Notes: a model not told the origin generated them from the letters alone. DNA of 63,115 nt, filler included, from Octopus bimaculoides (GCF_001194135.2; 7 parts of 6 records of this genome joined end to end with filler, not necessarily neighbours in it); one strand, 5' to 3'; shown: positions 37,901 through 52,453, counted from the first letter of the whole stretch. Program-made: numbers and translations.

Positions 37901-38352
37901 ATTAATCTAGCAGAATCAAAATTTCTTAATAAAATGTTTTACAGCTCGAATGCAAATGATCCCATGTCTTCTATGAGCGGAAGATTCGAAATACTCGGTA
38001 ATCGCAATTCTACTTACAAACATTATTCTAATTCAATTACCTAGTTGATCTAATTTTATAGATTTTTAGAAATGTAGAGTGAAATTCAGGAGGGAATCGC
38101 GTCTGAAAACTTATTTAACGTATTAGCATCATATAATTCAAGGATTAGATACGATTCCCTTACACACAATGTGCACCTATCAGAACCATTACCATATGAG
38201 GGAGACCTCGCAATTATAGACCACGTCAGGTTAAAAAGCATGTTACTAACCCTAAGTTTATTTATAAAAGCAGCTAAGGTAGTAGAATTCTTATCCTTAG
38301 GGTTTGAACAGGAATTCAGATGGGCCCAATCCTTTTGAAATCTATCGTACTA

Positions 38353-38405
<53 letters not shown>

Positions 38406-38999
38406 TGTTTTGTCTATTGGGTAGGCTGACTCTACATTTATACACAACATTGTATCGAAGACATGATCCTGCCAGCGGACAATTGTTTGATATCAAGATC
38501 AAAGAATTTTTTACAAAATTTTCTTAAATTCAATTTTTAGCCTTTCAGCACCGAGATTTGACAGACCGCGTGCAATAAATAGAGCATAGTCGCTATATAA
38601 AACTCCGGAGAGTTTATGGAAGCTACTTTTTATTTACACGAGGAGATACAGGCCCACTAAATCCTTAATTTGTGAAGAGTATGACGAGCCCATCATTATA
38701 TCGAATAGGCCCGTGGAATCAGCCTTTACTCAATTTTGTTCATTGTAATCGATCAAGGCCATCCTGGCAGTCAGAATATCTATGGCCGACTTAGGGATGT
38801 CAGTAGAATTACGGGCGAATATTAATGCTTTGTTAAGCAAAATAAGGGATCAACAAACTAAGTGACTTGATCTGCTCAACAGCTGTAGTGATATCCAGGA
38901 CCTTAGCGAAGAAAAAAATCCCAGTCAAATCTCAACCCCCAAACTAGAAACAGATCATAAGCAAAATTCAAAAACAAAAGAAAGATTTATCCCTACTCT

Positions 39000-40575
39000 G
39001 TGGAGGATCAAAGAAAGATCAAAAATGAAAAATAAAAACGGTCCATATAACAAGATAATACAACATAAAAAATATAGAAGATACCTGGGAGGTAAAAGAA
39101 AAGAATTAAACAGGGCATAGCAGTAAAACGTTGCCGCATAAAACGCTATGAAAAACGTGAAAGCTTCTTCTATCAAAGTAGAGAATTCAAAATAAACAAT
39201 AAACGTTTTTATTGTGATTCAGTCATACTGGGAAGCAATATGGAGCAAAAAAAGCAGCAAAAATGCTTAGTGGATTAGTAGGGAAAAGGAAAGAAAGTAC
39301 ACAATAGAACAATAGATATGGCCCACCATCACAGGCCAAGACCTCACGGACACAGTAAGGAGTACCAGCAACTGGAAAACTCCAGGGATAGACAAGGTCC
39401 CCAACTTCTGGTTCAAGTACCTCACCTGTACACATAACCACTTAGCAGCAGCATTCAATTGATTAAGTGATCCAGAATCAACACCAAACTTGATGCTAGA
39501 AGGAAAAACACCCTAATTCTACACAAAATTACAGAGCAATAACATACCTGCCAACATTCTACAAGACCCTAAAACCAATCATCTATAACGGGCTTATAAA
39601 GCACTTGGAAAGCAACAATGCTATACCAGATGAACTAAAAAGGGTACTGGACAGGGATATGTGGTTGTAAATTGAGTCACTATAGAGGACTGTAAGAGGA
39701 GAAAGATAAACATGTACATGATTTGCATTGATTACCAGAAAGAGAAAGCATTCGACAATGTTCCACGCCTTTAGATACTGGAATCTCTCCACACAAATAA
39801 GGTAGCCCTACCACTACTAAAATATATTGAACATGAAGTGATAAGCTGGAAAACAAATATAACATTAAAAAATTACTCAATAGTTATTAAAATTCAACCT
39901 ATACCCATAAGAAGAGGGATTTTCCAGGGAGACTCACAGTCACTCCTGCTTTTTCGCCTTTCTCTAACCCCGCAAACAAACTTGTTAAACGAAACTACCA
40001 AGCGTTAAAGGTGCTATGAGCAAAAAATAAGCCATCTCCTGTCTATGGATGACATAAAACATTTCGCTAAAAGCACCATGGAACAGAGAAACCTTAGCAA
40101 AATTGCTCAAAGTTTCAGCAATAACATTGGGATGAGATTGGGTTGGACAAATATGCTAGAGTCACACTGAGAAAAAGCAAATTATTCAGCACTGAAAACT
40201 CTGCACTTGGCATAGACATCGAAATTAGAGAATTAGACCACAACCACCCATACAAATATCTAGGAATAGACGAAACAGCTATAATACAACACACAGAAAT
40301 GATTGAGAAAATTAGGAGAGAGTATTACGGAAGAGTAAGACTAATATTAAACACTGAACTATATGCTGAAAATAAGATAATAGGGATAAATACGTGAGCT
40401 ATATCAGTCATAAACTACAGCTTTAACTTAATAAACTGGAAGATCAGTGAATTGAAAAACCTAGATAGAAAAACCAGAAAACTACTAACGACGTATCGAA
40501 GTCATCACCCCAAAGCAGAAAGGGACAGAATATACCTATCTCGCTCAGAAGGAGGCCGTGGCCTTATACAGAGAG
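39000..40575 (+). pseudogene. Dong/R4-type LINE RT fragment
   Basis: NWKTPGIDKVPNFWFKYL, GIFQGDSQSLLLF, HLLSMDDIKHF, LDKYARV, YKYLGI, IRREYYGRVRLILNTEL, HHPKAERDRIYLSRSEGGRGL. Confidence 0.88.
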
Positions 40576-41499
40576 ATAATTATTAGATACCCGCTTTGTT
40601 TAGAAAGAATATTTTTATATAATACTCCTCAATTAATTTGCTTTCTTCATCTAATAGGCTATCGTAGATATTGAGTTTGATTTGAGTGGTAACTATAAAA
40701 GTTCCTTTCACTACTTATTCTCTTCACAGCCTCTAAACGAACGAATGAATAATGGTATCAGTTATAAATATTTCCTCATTGATAAAATTTGTTTCTGTGC
40801 GCAGGTCAAACTGTATCTGGAAACTATCTCCTCGTGCTTTACAACGAGAATAACATTTATCTTTGCGAATGGAATTGGTCCATTTGACTGTTCTTACGTA
40901 TGCATTATATAATATGGATTTACAGCTAAACTGTTATTTTGCCTCTTATTGTTTCCGTAATTTTCCTCTTTTCTTTGACTATGTGTGTAATTATGTATAC
41001 ATACATACATATATGTGTGTGTGTGCGCGCGCGTGTGTGTGTGTATGTGTGTGTGTATGTGTGTGTGTGTGCGTGTGTGCATATGTGTGTGTGTAACCCA
41101 ATCGGTTTTCTCTACTGTATTATCAAACTTGCTCATCTTACCTTTAATCCAATTATCGCCATTGCTCCTGAATAGTAATAGTAATTAAATATAAACGCTG
41201 CATACAAAAGTAAAATTTCTGTTAGTTAATTTTTCTCTCTGAAAAATTTCTAATAGGAAATTCCTTACATGTCTGTCTAAAATATAAAATTCATTAGCAA
41301 ATGAAACGTGCGTAATGGTAACTAAATAATAGCAATGAATTTTCCAAATTCTTATTTTATTATGCAATAACTCTGCAAGTAATATTTCTAGAATTTCTAA
41401 CCAAAATAAATATTTTGCAGAAACATAGAATCAGCATAAGGTGCATACTGGGTTGTAATGATGGAATAAGCAGAAATCAGATGTATTGGAAGAAAGAAG

Positions 41500-41537
<38 letters not shown>

Positions 41538-41643
41538 ACTTGGGGATGGTCATATTGCCAGTTTAGCCAATAAAAACACACGCACTGTATATTTGGTGTT
41601 AATTTGCTTCAGCTTTATATTACATTAATCTTAATCTTATTTC

Positions 41644-41688
41644 GGCCAGAGTTCTTTCGTCACACTTCTGTGACCTCATCAGTGGTCC
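41644..41688 (-). ncRNA. Minimal type I hammerhead ribozyme motif
   Basis: GGACCA-CUGAUGA-G-GUCAC-AGAAGU-GUGAC-GAAA-GAA-CUC-UGGCC; intact core, 5-bp stem II, CUC site. Confidence 0.7.
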
Positions 41689-42794
41689 TTTGTTTCCTTC
41701 CTTCTTATGTGTGTCTCACCTTGCTAACTATCAGCCATTTTGTATTTTGTATTCCTATTGTATGTGTCTACGCATGCGTGTCCTTCAATGTGTCTGTGTC
41801 TTTTGTAAGTGCATGTGTGTANNNNNNNNNNNNNNNNNNNNNNNNNNNNNNNNNNNNNNNNNNNNNNNNNNNNNNNNNNNNNNNNNNNNNNNNNNNNNNN
41901 NNNNNNNNNNNNNNNNNNNNNNNNNNNNNNNNNNNNNNNNNNNNNNNNNNNNNNNNNNNNNNNNNNNNNNNNNNNNNNNNNNNNNNNNNNNNNNNNNNNN
42001 NNNNNNNNNNNNNNNNNNNNNNNNNNNNNNNNNNNNNNNNNNNNNNNNNNNNNNNNNNNNNNNNNNNNNNNNNNNNNNNNNNNNNNNNNNNNNNNNNNNN
42101 NNNNNNNNNNNNNNTATATATATATATATATGCATATATGGGACGTCACGAACAGTAAACAATATCAAATGTGAAAACAAATGAGTTCAATACGCAAACA
42201 ACGAGAGAAACAAATGGAAAACAGGACAAGTAACATAAAGAATGAGCCTTTATCAGTTGTCAGCTGTCTATCTATTCATCATTTCGAGCATTGAACGACA
42301 ATATGAGTCTTCGAAGACAGTTGCTCCCATAAGTACAAAAGTAAAATTCAGGATTTATTGAGGGTCAAAGTGGGGAACAAAAACAGGATAGTGGAGACAT
42401 ACAAGGAAACCGAATGAAAACCAACCGGGGTGGGGGTTCGTTAGACCAGAACGAGAGTAAATTAGTGAACGCTGGAGAAATATTTTCTTTGACAAGAGAA
42501 AAGATAGAAGAGAGAGATAGTATATGTCCAGCCCTGAAAGAAAAGAAAGATAATCACGTGAGGAAAAGAAAGATGGAAGATGGTCACATGTGAGCAACGA
42601 GAGAGAGAGTAAAGGAGAAATAGGGGGAGAGAGTGACAGATAGAAAACGGTGAAGGGGAGAAAAAAGGGAATTAGAGAAAGGATGAGAGAAAACGATAGG
42701 GAAGAAAACAGTATAGAGTGGGGTCGCATCAAAAAGAGTAAGATAAACTTACTTGAAAATGGATGCGTAGCATTCAATCAAATAATAATATGTG

Positions 42795-43173
42795 GTTGGC
42801 ACTCTGCCGGTTACGACATCGAGGGTTTCAGTTGATCCAATCAACGGAACAGCATTCTCTTGAAATTAACGTGCAAGTGGCTGAGCACTCCACAGACACG
42901 TGTACCCTTAACGTAGTTCTCGGGTAGATTCAGCGTGACACAGAGTGTGACAAGGCTGTCCGTTGGAAATACAGGTACAACAGAAACAAGAAGGAAGAGT
43001 GAGAGAAAGTTGTGGTGAAAGAGTACAGCAGGGTTTGCCACCATCTCCTGCTGGAGCGTTGTGGAACTTTTGGTGTTTTCGCTCAATAAATACTCACAAC
43101 GCCCGGTCTGGGAATCGAAACCGCGACCCTACGACCGCGAGTCCGCTGTCCTAACCACTGGGCCATTGCGCGT
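42795..43173 (-). mobile_element. tRNA(Arg)-derived SINE (family A)
   Basis: Reverse complement of the 15930-16305 element along its whole length. Confidence 0.92.
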
Positions 43174-43559
43174 CCACCAAATAAAATTATAATTTATATA
43201 TAAATATATGCATATAATATATGTATATGTGTGTGCGTGTGTGTGTGTATTTAATTATATTATATTTTGTTATATTATATTGGAATGAGGTATTAAGTTA
43301 TTTCTCTTTTGAAATAAGGTTGTTGAAGCTTGAACAACATTTTAAGAAGTAAAACAGGAACAAGTATATCTTTTACAAATAAAACAAGAATAAATTATGC
43401 AGAATTTGAATGCTTCTTATTCGATAAACCGGCTATCAACTGCGTTATTTCGAAGTCAATGCCATGTAAACTTTTATACACACACACAGACACACACACG
43501 CGGTTTTGTGTGTGTGAGTGTGTGTGTGTACATGTATGCAATTACAATAGAATAAATGT

Positions 43560-45900
43560 ATAACCAAGCAAACAACTGGTATCAGTTATGTTATAACATT
43601 TGTGTATTCAAACATGAGGGTTGAGTTCTGATAAAAATATACATCACAAGTCTAGATGAGCAGATGGTCCATCTTGTGCAAAAATAATGGTTGCTCTGTG
43701 TATAGCAGTGATCTATTCCATCATCGGAGAGGGGATGAGGAAGAGCTTTAATAGAGAGCTTTGTTCTACTAAAGTATGGGGGAGAGTGAAAAGTTTAAAC
43801 AAAGAAAGGCAGGGAAAACAATGTCATTGTAATATGAGGGTAGATAGGAAGTAACATTCACTGCGAGATATAGATGTAGGAATTTCTAAATTGATAAAGG
43901 AAAATGTATAGAAAGGAATAATTTGTGCCAATATGTGCAGAGGAGGATGGTAAATGGTACGATGTGAAGAAGACCATGTGCATAATAGCGACAGCAAATG
44001 GGGCAAGTATGTTAGAATTATCTATTAAATAGACGGGCCATCGTGGATGGGAGTTACATACAAGATAAAGTATACTATGTACCGCAGTTTGATATGGTAG
44101 TCAATGTAATGCGTGTGGGAAAGAAAGCCTTACGGTAAATATGGGGTGGAGAAGAGATGCTATAGGGCTGGAAAACAAATCAAATAGAAATTTAAAACCC
44201 CGATAGCTGCAATGAATCTCTGATAGACTGAGTGACTGTAACAATAAGGAAAGAATATTTTAAATCATAAGCTCAATGAAGACTATGCGTATTGTGAAGT
44301 GTGTTAGAGAAGCAACGAAGGAGTGAAGACAGGCAGATCTTAAAGTTAATGCATAAACAGAGAATATCTAAAATACTTCTTTAAATATGCCAATTGACAA
44401 CTGAATTGTAATTATAATCAGAATGGAAAGTGAAAATAAGGACTATGGAATCATACGGAGTTGGAATAAGTTGTACATTTAGAATTGGGTAAACGAATAA
44501 AGATATCACAATAGGTATATAGAATTATAGTCAGATAAAAAATTATGAATAATGTGATGGGCTACGAATTAAAACAAATGAAATAAATCATGAAATGCAT
44601 TCACTTTACGTGCGCCAGAATTATGTTGTGAAATTTGGGGCATTCCATGTAACGCACAGTTAGTTTTTTTTGTTTTTTTTTTGATAAATTTTTTAAGCTT
44701 GGAATCAGCTGCGAATATGTTTATTTTGCAGTGCCTGATAACCCGAGTTGATTTCATCGATTACAACTTGTTGGGTTCTGTTCACCAGGAAATATTTAAA
44801 TCTGGGTAGCAGGATTCCAATATTTGACAACTTTAATTGGAAGGTATTGTCGCCGACTCAATCAAAAACTTTGTTTTAGTGAAGATATATAAAATCAGAG
44901 TTTGAACCTGATCTCAAAGCTTTAAAGACATCCTTGAAGTGATGTAAAAGCTGTAGTATGCATTCTCTGCTGCAACAAAGGCCATGCTCATTGGAAATTA
45001 AGAGATTGTTACTCTTCAAGGAGCCAGATATCCTTGGTCTCACCTTTTAAAAACTTTGATGATATGTGAATTGAGTGATATCGGGTAACAGTTAACTGTG
45101 AAAGACCTGTTTCCCTTTATAAAGACTGGGATGACAGATTGAGATAACAACTGATTCGGTATATAGACTGTTTCTAAAGAATTTCTTCAGAAGTTAGTTA
45201 GGAGTGTTGCATGTTGGTATTTGTATCTTTTCAGGACACTGGCGAGGAATCTATCAGGGCCAACAGCGGATTCGTACTTGATTTCAATCATTGCTGTTAT
45301 TGTGTCTGAGACAGTAAAACTTGCCAAAGGTATATAAGCTGGAGAGTTTGTTCAGATCTTTTGCGTCAATATCTTTGGGATCACTAGAGATGGAGCAATA
45401 TTGTTTCTATAATCCTTCTGCCATTTCTTTAGCATCGTGATAGAGTAAGTTGTTATAATCTATCAGCGGACAAATGAGTGAGACAGCAGTTCTTTGTTAG
45501 CATCTGACTTGAAGAATGTTGGGTTCTGTTTGATTTTTCCACGAAGCCCTTTGGCTGTCAACGTAGGTCTTCATGCTGATCTGCAGATGATAGTTTCCAA
45601 ATTCAAGCCTTTTTATTGATTCTGAATGTGGATACTGCTGGTGATAGTATTTTAATTGGTTGAATTTTTAGAATTAAGTCTTTTGACTCTTGATGAGTGT
45701 TTTCCTTTTTCTCTCTCTTGCAATTCTACTGCACAAAGTGCTTATGAATTTTCATAGGAGCGTGCTTGGGTAACAACATTCTCAGACGTGCATAGGTGAC
45801 AATGTTCTCAAATGTCTGACATGTTGCTTCAATATCAGACGAAGTATGAGTGAAGGACTCGTCAATAGGCGACAGATCGTTTCTAATTACATTATTCTTT
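43560..45900 (-). pseudogene. CR1-type LINE RT, heavily degenerate
   Basis: SAVGPDRFLASVLK, VIPVFIKG..NCYPISLNSHIIKVF, SNSDFIYLH*NKVFD and KINIFAADSKL (FADD-like). Confidence 0.75.
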
Positions 45901-46399
45901 CGTCTGCTTTCTATAGATTGGTGCTCTCGAACAAGTAGAAAGGAAACAGTAAACGGTTTGGTTTCGGTACGCCCAAAACTAAGTTTACAGAATACCTTGT
46001 TGTTATCACAGAGAACTTTTTAATTGAAATGCTAAGGATGGGACTAGATTGGTGTTATGCAAATTATACGTTGTTAATTTATAATAGCCATGTGTAACTG
46101 TTATGCAAATTGTGCTAGGATTCGAGTGACTTCCCTTGATACAAAGAGCATGCGCTTTTGACAGGAAAGAAAGAGAGAGAACGGCCATTTGGAATAACGT
46201 ACGTTGTGTCAAGACTATCGTGGATAACACTATAAGAGGCCTTTCTATTTAGGACTATGCCTAGAAATTAGCTTCTTTGAACCAAGATTTACTGGTTATA
46301 CATTACAATCAAAGAAACTACTTTCTGAAAATACACAATTTGAAGAAGTTGCTGAGCAGTCTATAGAGAAAGAAAGTTGTGAAAGAACGTTTACGATAG

Positions 46400-48060
46400 G
46401 GAAAGATACTTGAAACCTGACAGATTGAATGTAGGAGCAACGTAGCAACTGCAGCACAGGATGAAGATAAATATGATTTACCATTGGCAGTATCACATCA
46501 GCTGGTTCACCCTTCCGAGTAACCTCTATGTTTATACTGAACAATAGCTACAAAACCGAAGCATTAATTGATAGCGGTAGCACTGACAAGAGCTTCATCA
46601 GTAAGAAGCTAGTGAACACACTCAACAGCAAGACGGTCAAATTGAAAAACGGCATTGGTACGGCTTCTGCATCTCTTTCTGCGGAATCCAAGAGATACTG
46701 CACTGTTTCACTAACCCTGAATAATCATGAATACTACAATGTGAAACTGTACGTGCTCAGAAACTAATGCGCTGGGTACTGGGTACGTGCTCAGAAACTA
46801 ATTCCGAGTACTGATTTCCAAGAACGGCATGAAAGTATTACCATACAATACGGAGGACAGAGAAGAGACCACCATTAACATTTACCGCACAAGCAGATAT
46901 GAAAACTGATCCTCCAAAGCTATTCGCTCATCTGAAAGAGGACTGTAAACCTATTGCAGCCAAGTCGCGAAAATACTCGGAACGTGATCGAGAATTCATC
47001 AGAACAGAAGTACGCCGCTTAGCAAATGCGAACATTATTGAATCTAATAACTCAGCTTGGAGATCGCAAGTGCTAGTTGTTCAAGAAACAAAAAGCTCAG
47101 AATGGTGATTGACTACTTAGAGACGATTAACAAATATACACAGCTTCATGCCTACCCTCTTCCTAAAATTTATGAGTTAGTGAACACTATCGCCAAGAAT
47201 AAAGTCTACAGTACAATAGGCTTACGTTCGGCATACTATCAGATTCTTCTATCAGACAAAGACCGTCAATTCAATGTCTTTGAAGCTGATGGTACGTTAT
47301 GGCATTATACTAGGATTCTATTCGTAGTAACTAACTGCAATGCATGTTTCTAACGTATAATGGACGACTTCGTGAGTAAATCCAAGCTGCGAAATGCGTT
47401 CCAATTCATAGACAATTTAACCATATGTGGGAAAGATCAAATAGACAACGATAAAAATTTAGAAAAATTGAAATGGCAGCAAAAAGTGAGTAGCTCACCA
47501 TGAATGAAGACAAATACGTTTACTCATCAACAACTTTTGACTTTCTTGGATACCGTATCTCACACAATACCCACACCCCTGACCATAAAGGCTTGCTCCA
47601 CTCCTCAATCTTCCTATACCAACCGACCAGAAATCATTAAAACGAATAGTCGATATGTTTTCTTATTATAATAAGTGGATCTCCAGATTTTCTGATAAAA
47701 TATAACCTCTCAATAACGTATTAAATTTCCTCTAAACAGCCATCAAGTAAACGTATTTGAGTCATTAAAGGTAAAACTAGCCAATGCTGTCATTGAAGTA
47801 ATAGATGAGAACATTCCATTTACTGTTGAGACGGATGCTTCGGATTTTGCTATATCTGCCACACTAAATCAGGATGGAAGACCAATCGCATTCCATTCTT
47901 GCACGTTACAAGGTAGCGAACAGTACCAATCCTCAGTTTAAAAGGAAGCCCAAGCAATTATCGAATCAATTTATCATTGGAGACACTTTCTTCTAGGTAG
48001 ACATTTTACATTAATTACTGATCGACATTCTGTTGCATTCGTGTATAATTATAAATCAAT
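46400..48060 (+). pseudogene. Ty3/Gypsy LTR retrotransposon pol remnant (protease, RT, RNase H)
   Basis: ALIDSGSTDKSFIS (protease), RMVIDY..AYPLPKI..LRSAYYQI..FIDNLTICG (RT), FTVETDASDFAISATLNQDGRPIAF..KEAQAII..WRHFLLGRHFTLITD (RNase H). No LTRs identified. Confidence 0.9.
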
Positions 48061-48831
48061 ACCTTAAATTCTTTAAGGACCAGATATCGAAAGATATAGA
48101 TTCTTAGTGGGTTATTCAATATGACGAAGAAAATTTATCTGGAAATGTGTCTACTTACATAACATCTAAAGATGTCAATGCCATAGGCGGTTGAGTTTGT
48201 GATTCAGTTCTTTCATGCTAGAGAAAAGAGGAAAACAATGTTAATTGTCGAAAGAAACGTTTGGGTTAGTATTTCTAGGTATAGAAAACAAGTCTTAAGT
48301 AAAATATATGTTTGAAGGAGGAGGTATATAAGTAACAGTAGTAAGCAAGAGACAAAGAATAACTACATCTAAAAGTCTAAAAACTACACACGGATATAGA
48401 CACAGAAAAATCCATTTACAGAAAAAGATAAACAGTTTTAATTTCAATTTAGTTTTAGAGATTTCATCATGGTTAGCATCATTGATTTCAAATGAAGATC
48501 TGAAATCGTATTTACAACTATTTTATTTTTATGAGGTTCAGTATTTTTGATATCAGTGCAGATCCTTTAATATCTCATTAATTTAGATATAATAAAATAA
48601 AATCTTTAAGAAAATAAAATCATCAGATGTAATAAGAAACACAGTTTATATAGTATACATGAATTATAAAGTTCACATCCTGAAATCATCAAAAGACTCC
48701 CAAAAGCCTAAAATTCACGGAAGGAAAACTGTAAAGACATTAAATAATTTTATAAGTTGCAGAAAGTTTTTTAAAAATTATCATGAACATATAAATATCA
48801 TTTAATGTAAGGTTATTTAAGTGTGTGTGGA

Positions 48832-49208
48832 GGCGCAATGGCCCAGTGGTTAGGGCAGCGGACTCGCAGTCTTAGGATCGCGGTTTCGATTCCCAGACCG
48901 GGTGCTGTGAGTGTTTATTGAGCGAAAACACCTAACGCTCCACGAGGCCCCGGCAGGGGATGGTGGTGAACCCTGCTGTACTCTTTTATCAGAACTTTCT
49001 CTCACTCTTTCTTCCTGTTTCTGTTGTATATATATTTCAAAGGGACAGCCTTGTCACACTCTGTGTCACGCTCAATCTCCCCGAGAACTACGTTAAGGGT
49101 ACACGTGTCTGTGGAGTGCTCAGCCACTTGCTCTTTAATTTCACGAGCTGGCTGTTCCGTTGATCGGATCAACTGATTACTCGTCGTCGTAATCGACTGA
49201 GTGCCAAC
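48832..49208 (+). mobile_element. tRNA(Arg)-derived SINE (family A)
   Basis: GGCGCAATGGCCCAGTGGTTAGGGCAGCGGACTCGCAGTC...GGTTTCGATTCCCAGACC. Confidence 0.92.
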
Positions 49209-49552
49209 AAATTTAACCGTGTACATCTTAATTCTACATTTTCCGAATTGAAAAACGAACATAATTTTATACAATATTTTACATCAAATTTGTACAACCT
49301 TTGCAATGATTGTGCAGTCTAAACAGGAACTAACTTCTTATCTTTCTCAATTCAACCATGATTGCAGGGGTCTTGCACAAATACTATTCCCTTATGAACG
49401 TAATCCAAACGGTTCCTTGTTACACTAGGGTATTAGTTTTAGTGACATAGATATATATATATTCTCAGAAGATCAACATAAGAATCAACAAAGCAAACCT
49501 GACTGGAGTACAGCATATATATATATATATGTTTATATATATGTTTATATAT

Positions 49553-50385
49553 AACGATGGCCACTAAAGTGGGCATTTAATGTGCTAGAAGTAGATCACA
49601 TGTTGTCTCTACTAAGACCTAATGGTTCTCGAAAGAAATTCAGCGAAATACCAAAACGTATGCGGGCAAGACTGAAAATTACATAAATAAAACATTATTA
49701 TTCATGGCCCGGTTTCGAAATTAACACTCTTATCGAATGTCTGCTTCTCTTCAGCGTCTTAGTAGACATAACATGTGATCTACTTCAAGCACATTAAATG
49801 TCCACTTTAGTGGTCATCGTTATATATAAACATATACATTAATCCCCAGAGATCTCAGATATTTTTTCTGAATCCCTCTGATTCTTTAAATGTGCTAGCT
49901 TCCTGGTAATAAATCGATATTAATTGATATCTGATTTTTTACCCTATGTTTTAATTTAATTAACCATAACCAAGTTCTCAAAGTGGATATATGCGACGCA
50001 GTAACTATTTTCTGCAGATATATTCCCGGAATTAGCGCGCCAAAACGAAGGCTTTTGATTTTTACCATTAAGTTGTAATTAACAGAACCATACACACGTT
50101 TGCCTCTGGGGGTGAACAACATTGGGTAAGAGTGTTAATTTCGAAACCTGTCCGTGAATAATAATGTTTTATTTTTGTAATTTTCACTGTCTTGCCCGCA
50201 TACGTTTTGGTATTTCGCTGAATTTCGTTTGAGAACCATTAGGTCTTAGTAGACACAACATGTGATCTACTTCTAGCACATGAAATGTCCACTTTAGTGG
50301 GCATCGTTATATATAAACATATACTTTAATCTCCTAGGATCTCAAATATTTTTTCTGAATCTCTCTGATTCTTTACCCTATATTT
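49553..50385. mobile_element. Second, rearranged member of the 25.2-kb fold-back family
   Basis: The left end ACGATGGCCACTAAAGTGG..AATGTGCTAGAAG..CTACTAAGACC is inverted at 49758-49825 and again at 50245-50310. It shares CGTATGCGGGCAAGAC and the spacer with 25223-26090. Confidence 0.88.
49702..49757 (-). ncRNA. Hammerhead motif (mutated cleavage site)
   Basis: ACG-CUGAAGA-GAAG..UUUC-GAAA-CCGG-GC-CAU. The sister half-copy at ~50130-50155 reads GAAA-CCUG-UC-CGU, giving consensus GAAACCGGUC. Confidence 0.55.
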
Positions 50386-50401
50386 TAATATGTATGTATG
50401 C

Positions 50402-50459
<58 letters not shown>

Positions 50460-51389
50460 NNNNNNNNNNNNNNNNNNNNNNNNNNNNNNNNNNNNNNNNN
50501 NNNTTAATTAATTAANNNNNNNNNNNNNNNNNNNNNNNNNNNNNNNNNNNNNNNNNNNNTATATATATATATATGCACGTGTGTGTAGATGCATACATAT
50601 TCTACGGTAGATAACCGTACGTGATCCTGAGCGATAAAAAGAAGTGGATGAAAACTATCCTTTCATTCGAATGAAGTTCGACCACGACACCATTGTACCA
50701 AAACAGCCCTCTAATCTTCCCATCAATTTTAGCACAAATAAACATTCCTCGGACCATTCACCGTTGCTTGCTTCCGCTGGCATTTTGTATACAAGTGCAA
50801 ATACATACATATACGCACACGCACACAGAAAAAGACATACGCACAAAAAGAAACACGCACACATACCGACACATACAGACACACAGAGACACATATCTTT
50901 CTTCAATGACACCATAAAATCATATTGAACCTCCCTCAGTTTAGGGACATATAATATACCCGGAATTGTTCTAAATTCATAAAACCATCTCCAGATCAAT
51001 GCGTAGAACTACACTAGTTGACTTATTCCTCCAGACTGTACCCCTAAGGACTAAACTCTCCCTCCAGTTTACTGCTACCTCCAGGTCGTATATCTAGCGC
51101 TAAGGCTAGTTCACTGACATCTCCAAACCATACACCTTGAACTGACCAGCTCCAGAGGCTTTAATACTGAATCTTATTCGACCAGACACCATCTTTCGCC
51201 AAATGACCCATGCTTCTTTTCGGTCTGTATTGGTCAAGCAAGTTGTTGTTGTTTAAGCTCAGTGTTAGTACTAATATCGCTCTTCTTCTTTAACTCAAGG
51301 CCAGCCCTGATCCAGCTAACAGACCTATGTGTAAAGGCATTCTTCCAGCTGTAACCATACTGTACGTATAGGATATGTGTGTGCGTATT

Positions 51390-51850
<461 letters not shown>

Positions 51851-52019
51851 ATGGAAAGAGAGTCAAAGCGAAAAAGAAATGCAGTGCGATTGTGGGGAGT
51901 AGGGGCTATGTGAAATATGTATACCGCTTGGTGGCGTTGTTGGTAACTAATGATTCCCCCATGTTGACAAGCAAAGAGGGGCCGAGTCGAAAGGTCAGCT
52001 TGTTGACATGAAATCTCTG

Positions 52020-52200
52020 TGGTAACTATAGCAACAATAGGTAACCATAGATAAAGTGGGTGACTATAGCAACGCTACGTTGTTATAGCAACGCTACGTA
52101 GTCATAGCAACGCTATGTGACCATAGCAACGCCATGTGACCATAACAACACTATGTGGTCATAGATATATGGCCATAGCAATAATAATTATACCACAACG
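52020..52200. repeat. Degenerate ~19-bp minisatellite (CATAGCAACGCTATGTGAC-like)
   Basis: ATAGCAAC recurs at roughly 19-nt spacing from 52066 to 52150, with more diverged units either side. Confidence 0.8.
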
Positions 52201-52255
52201 TCCATGGTGATAAAGATGATGACAAAAACAGTATAATAATAATGATAATAATAAT

Positions 52256-52290
<35 letters not shown>

Positions 52291-52453
52291 CATGAATCTT
52301 ATGAGTAAAGAGGTTGAAAGAATCTTAAGGAAAGTATTATCACATCTTAGATGACTAAAGACTCCGGTGCATTTTAACTACACTCTGTTAGGAAGGAATA
52401 ATAATAATAATAATAATGATAATAATAATAATAATAATAATAATGATAATAAT

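Noticed and set aside
38560-38700. IKLRRVYGSYFLFTRGDTGPL, faint similarity to a Gypsy RNase H motif
   Set aside because: The match is too short and the flanking motifs are missing.
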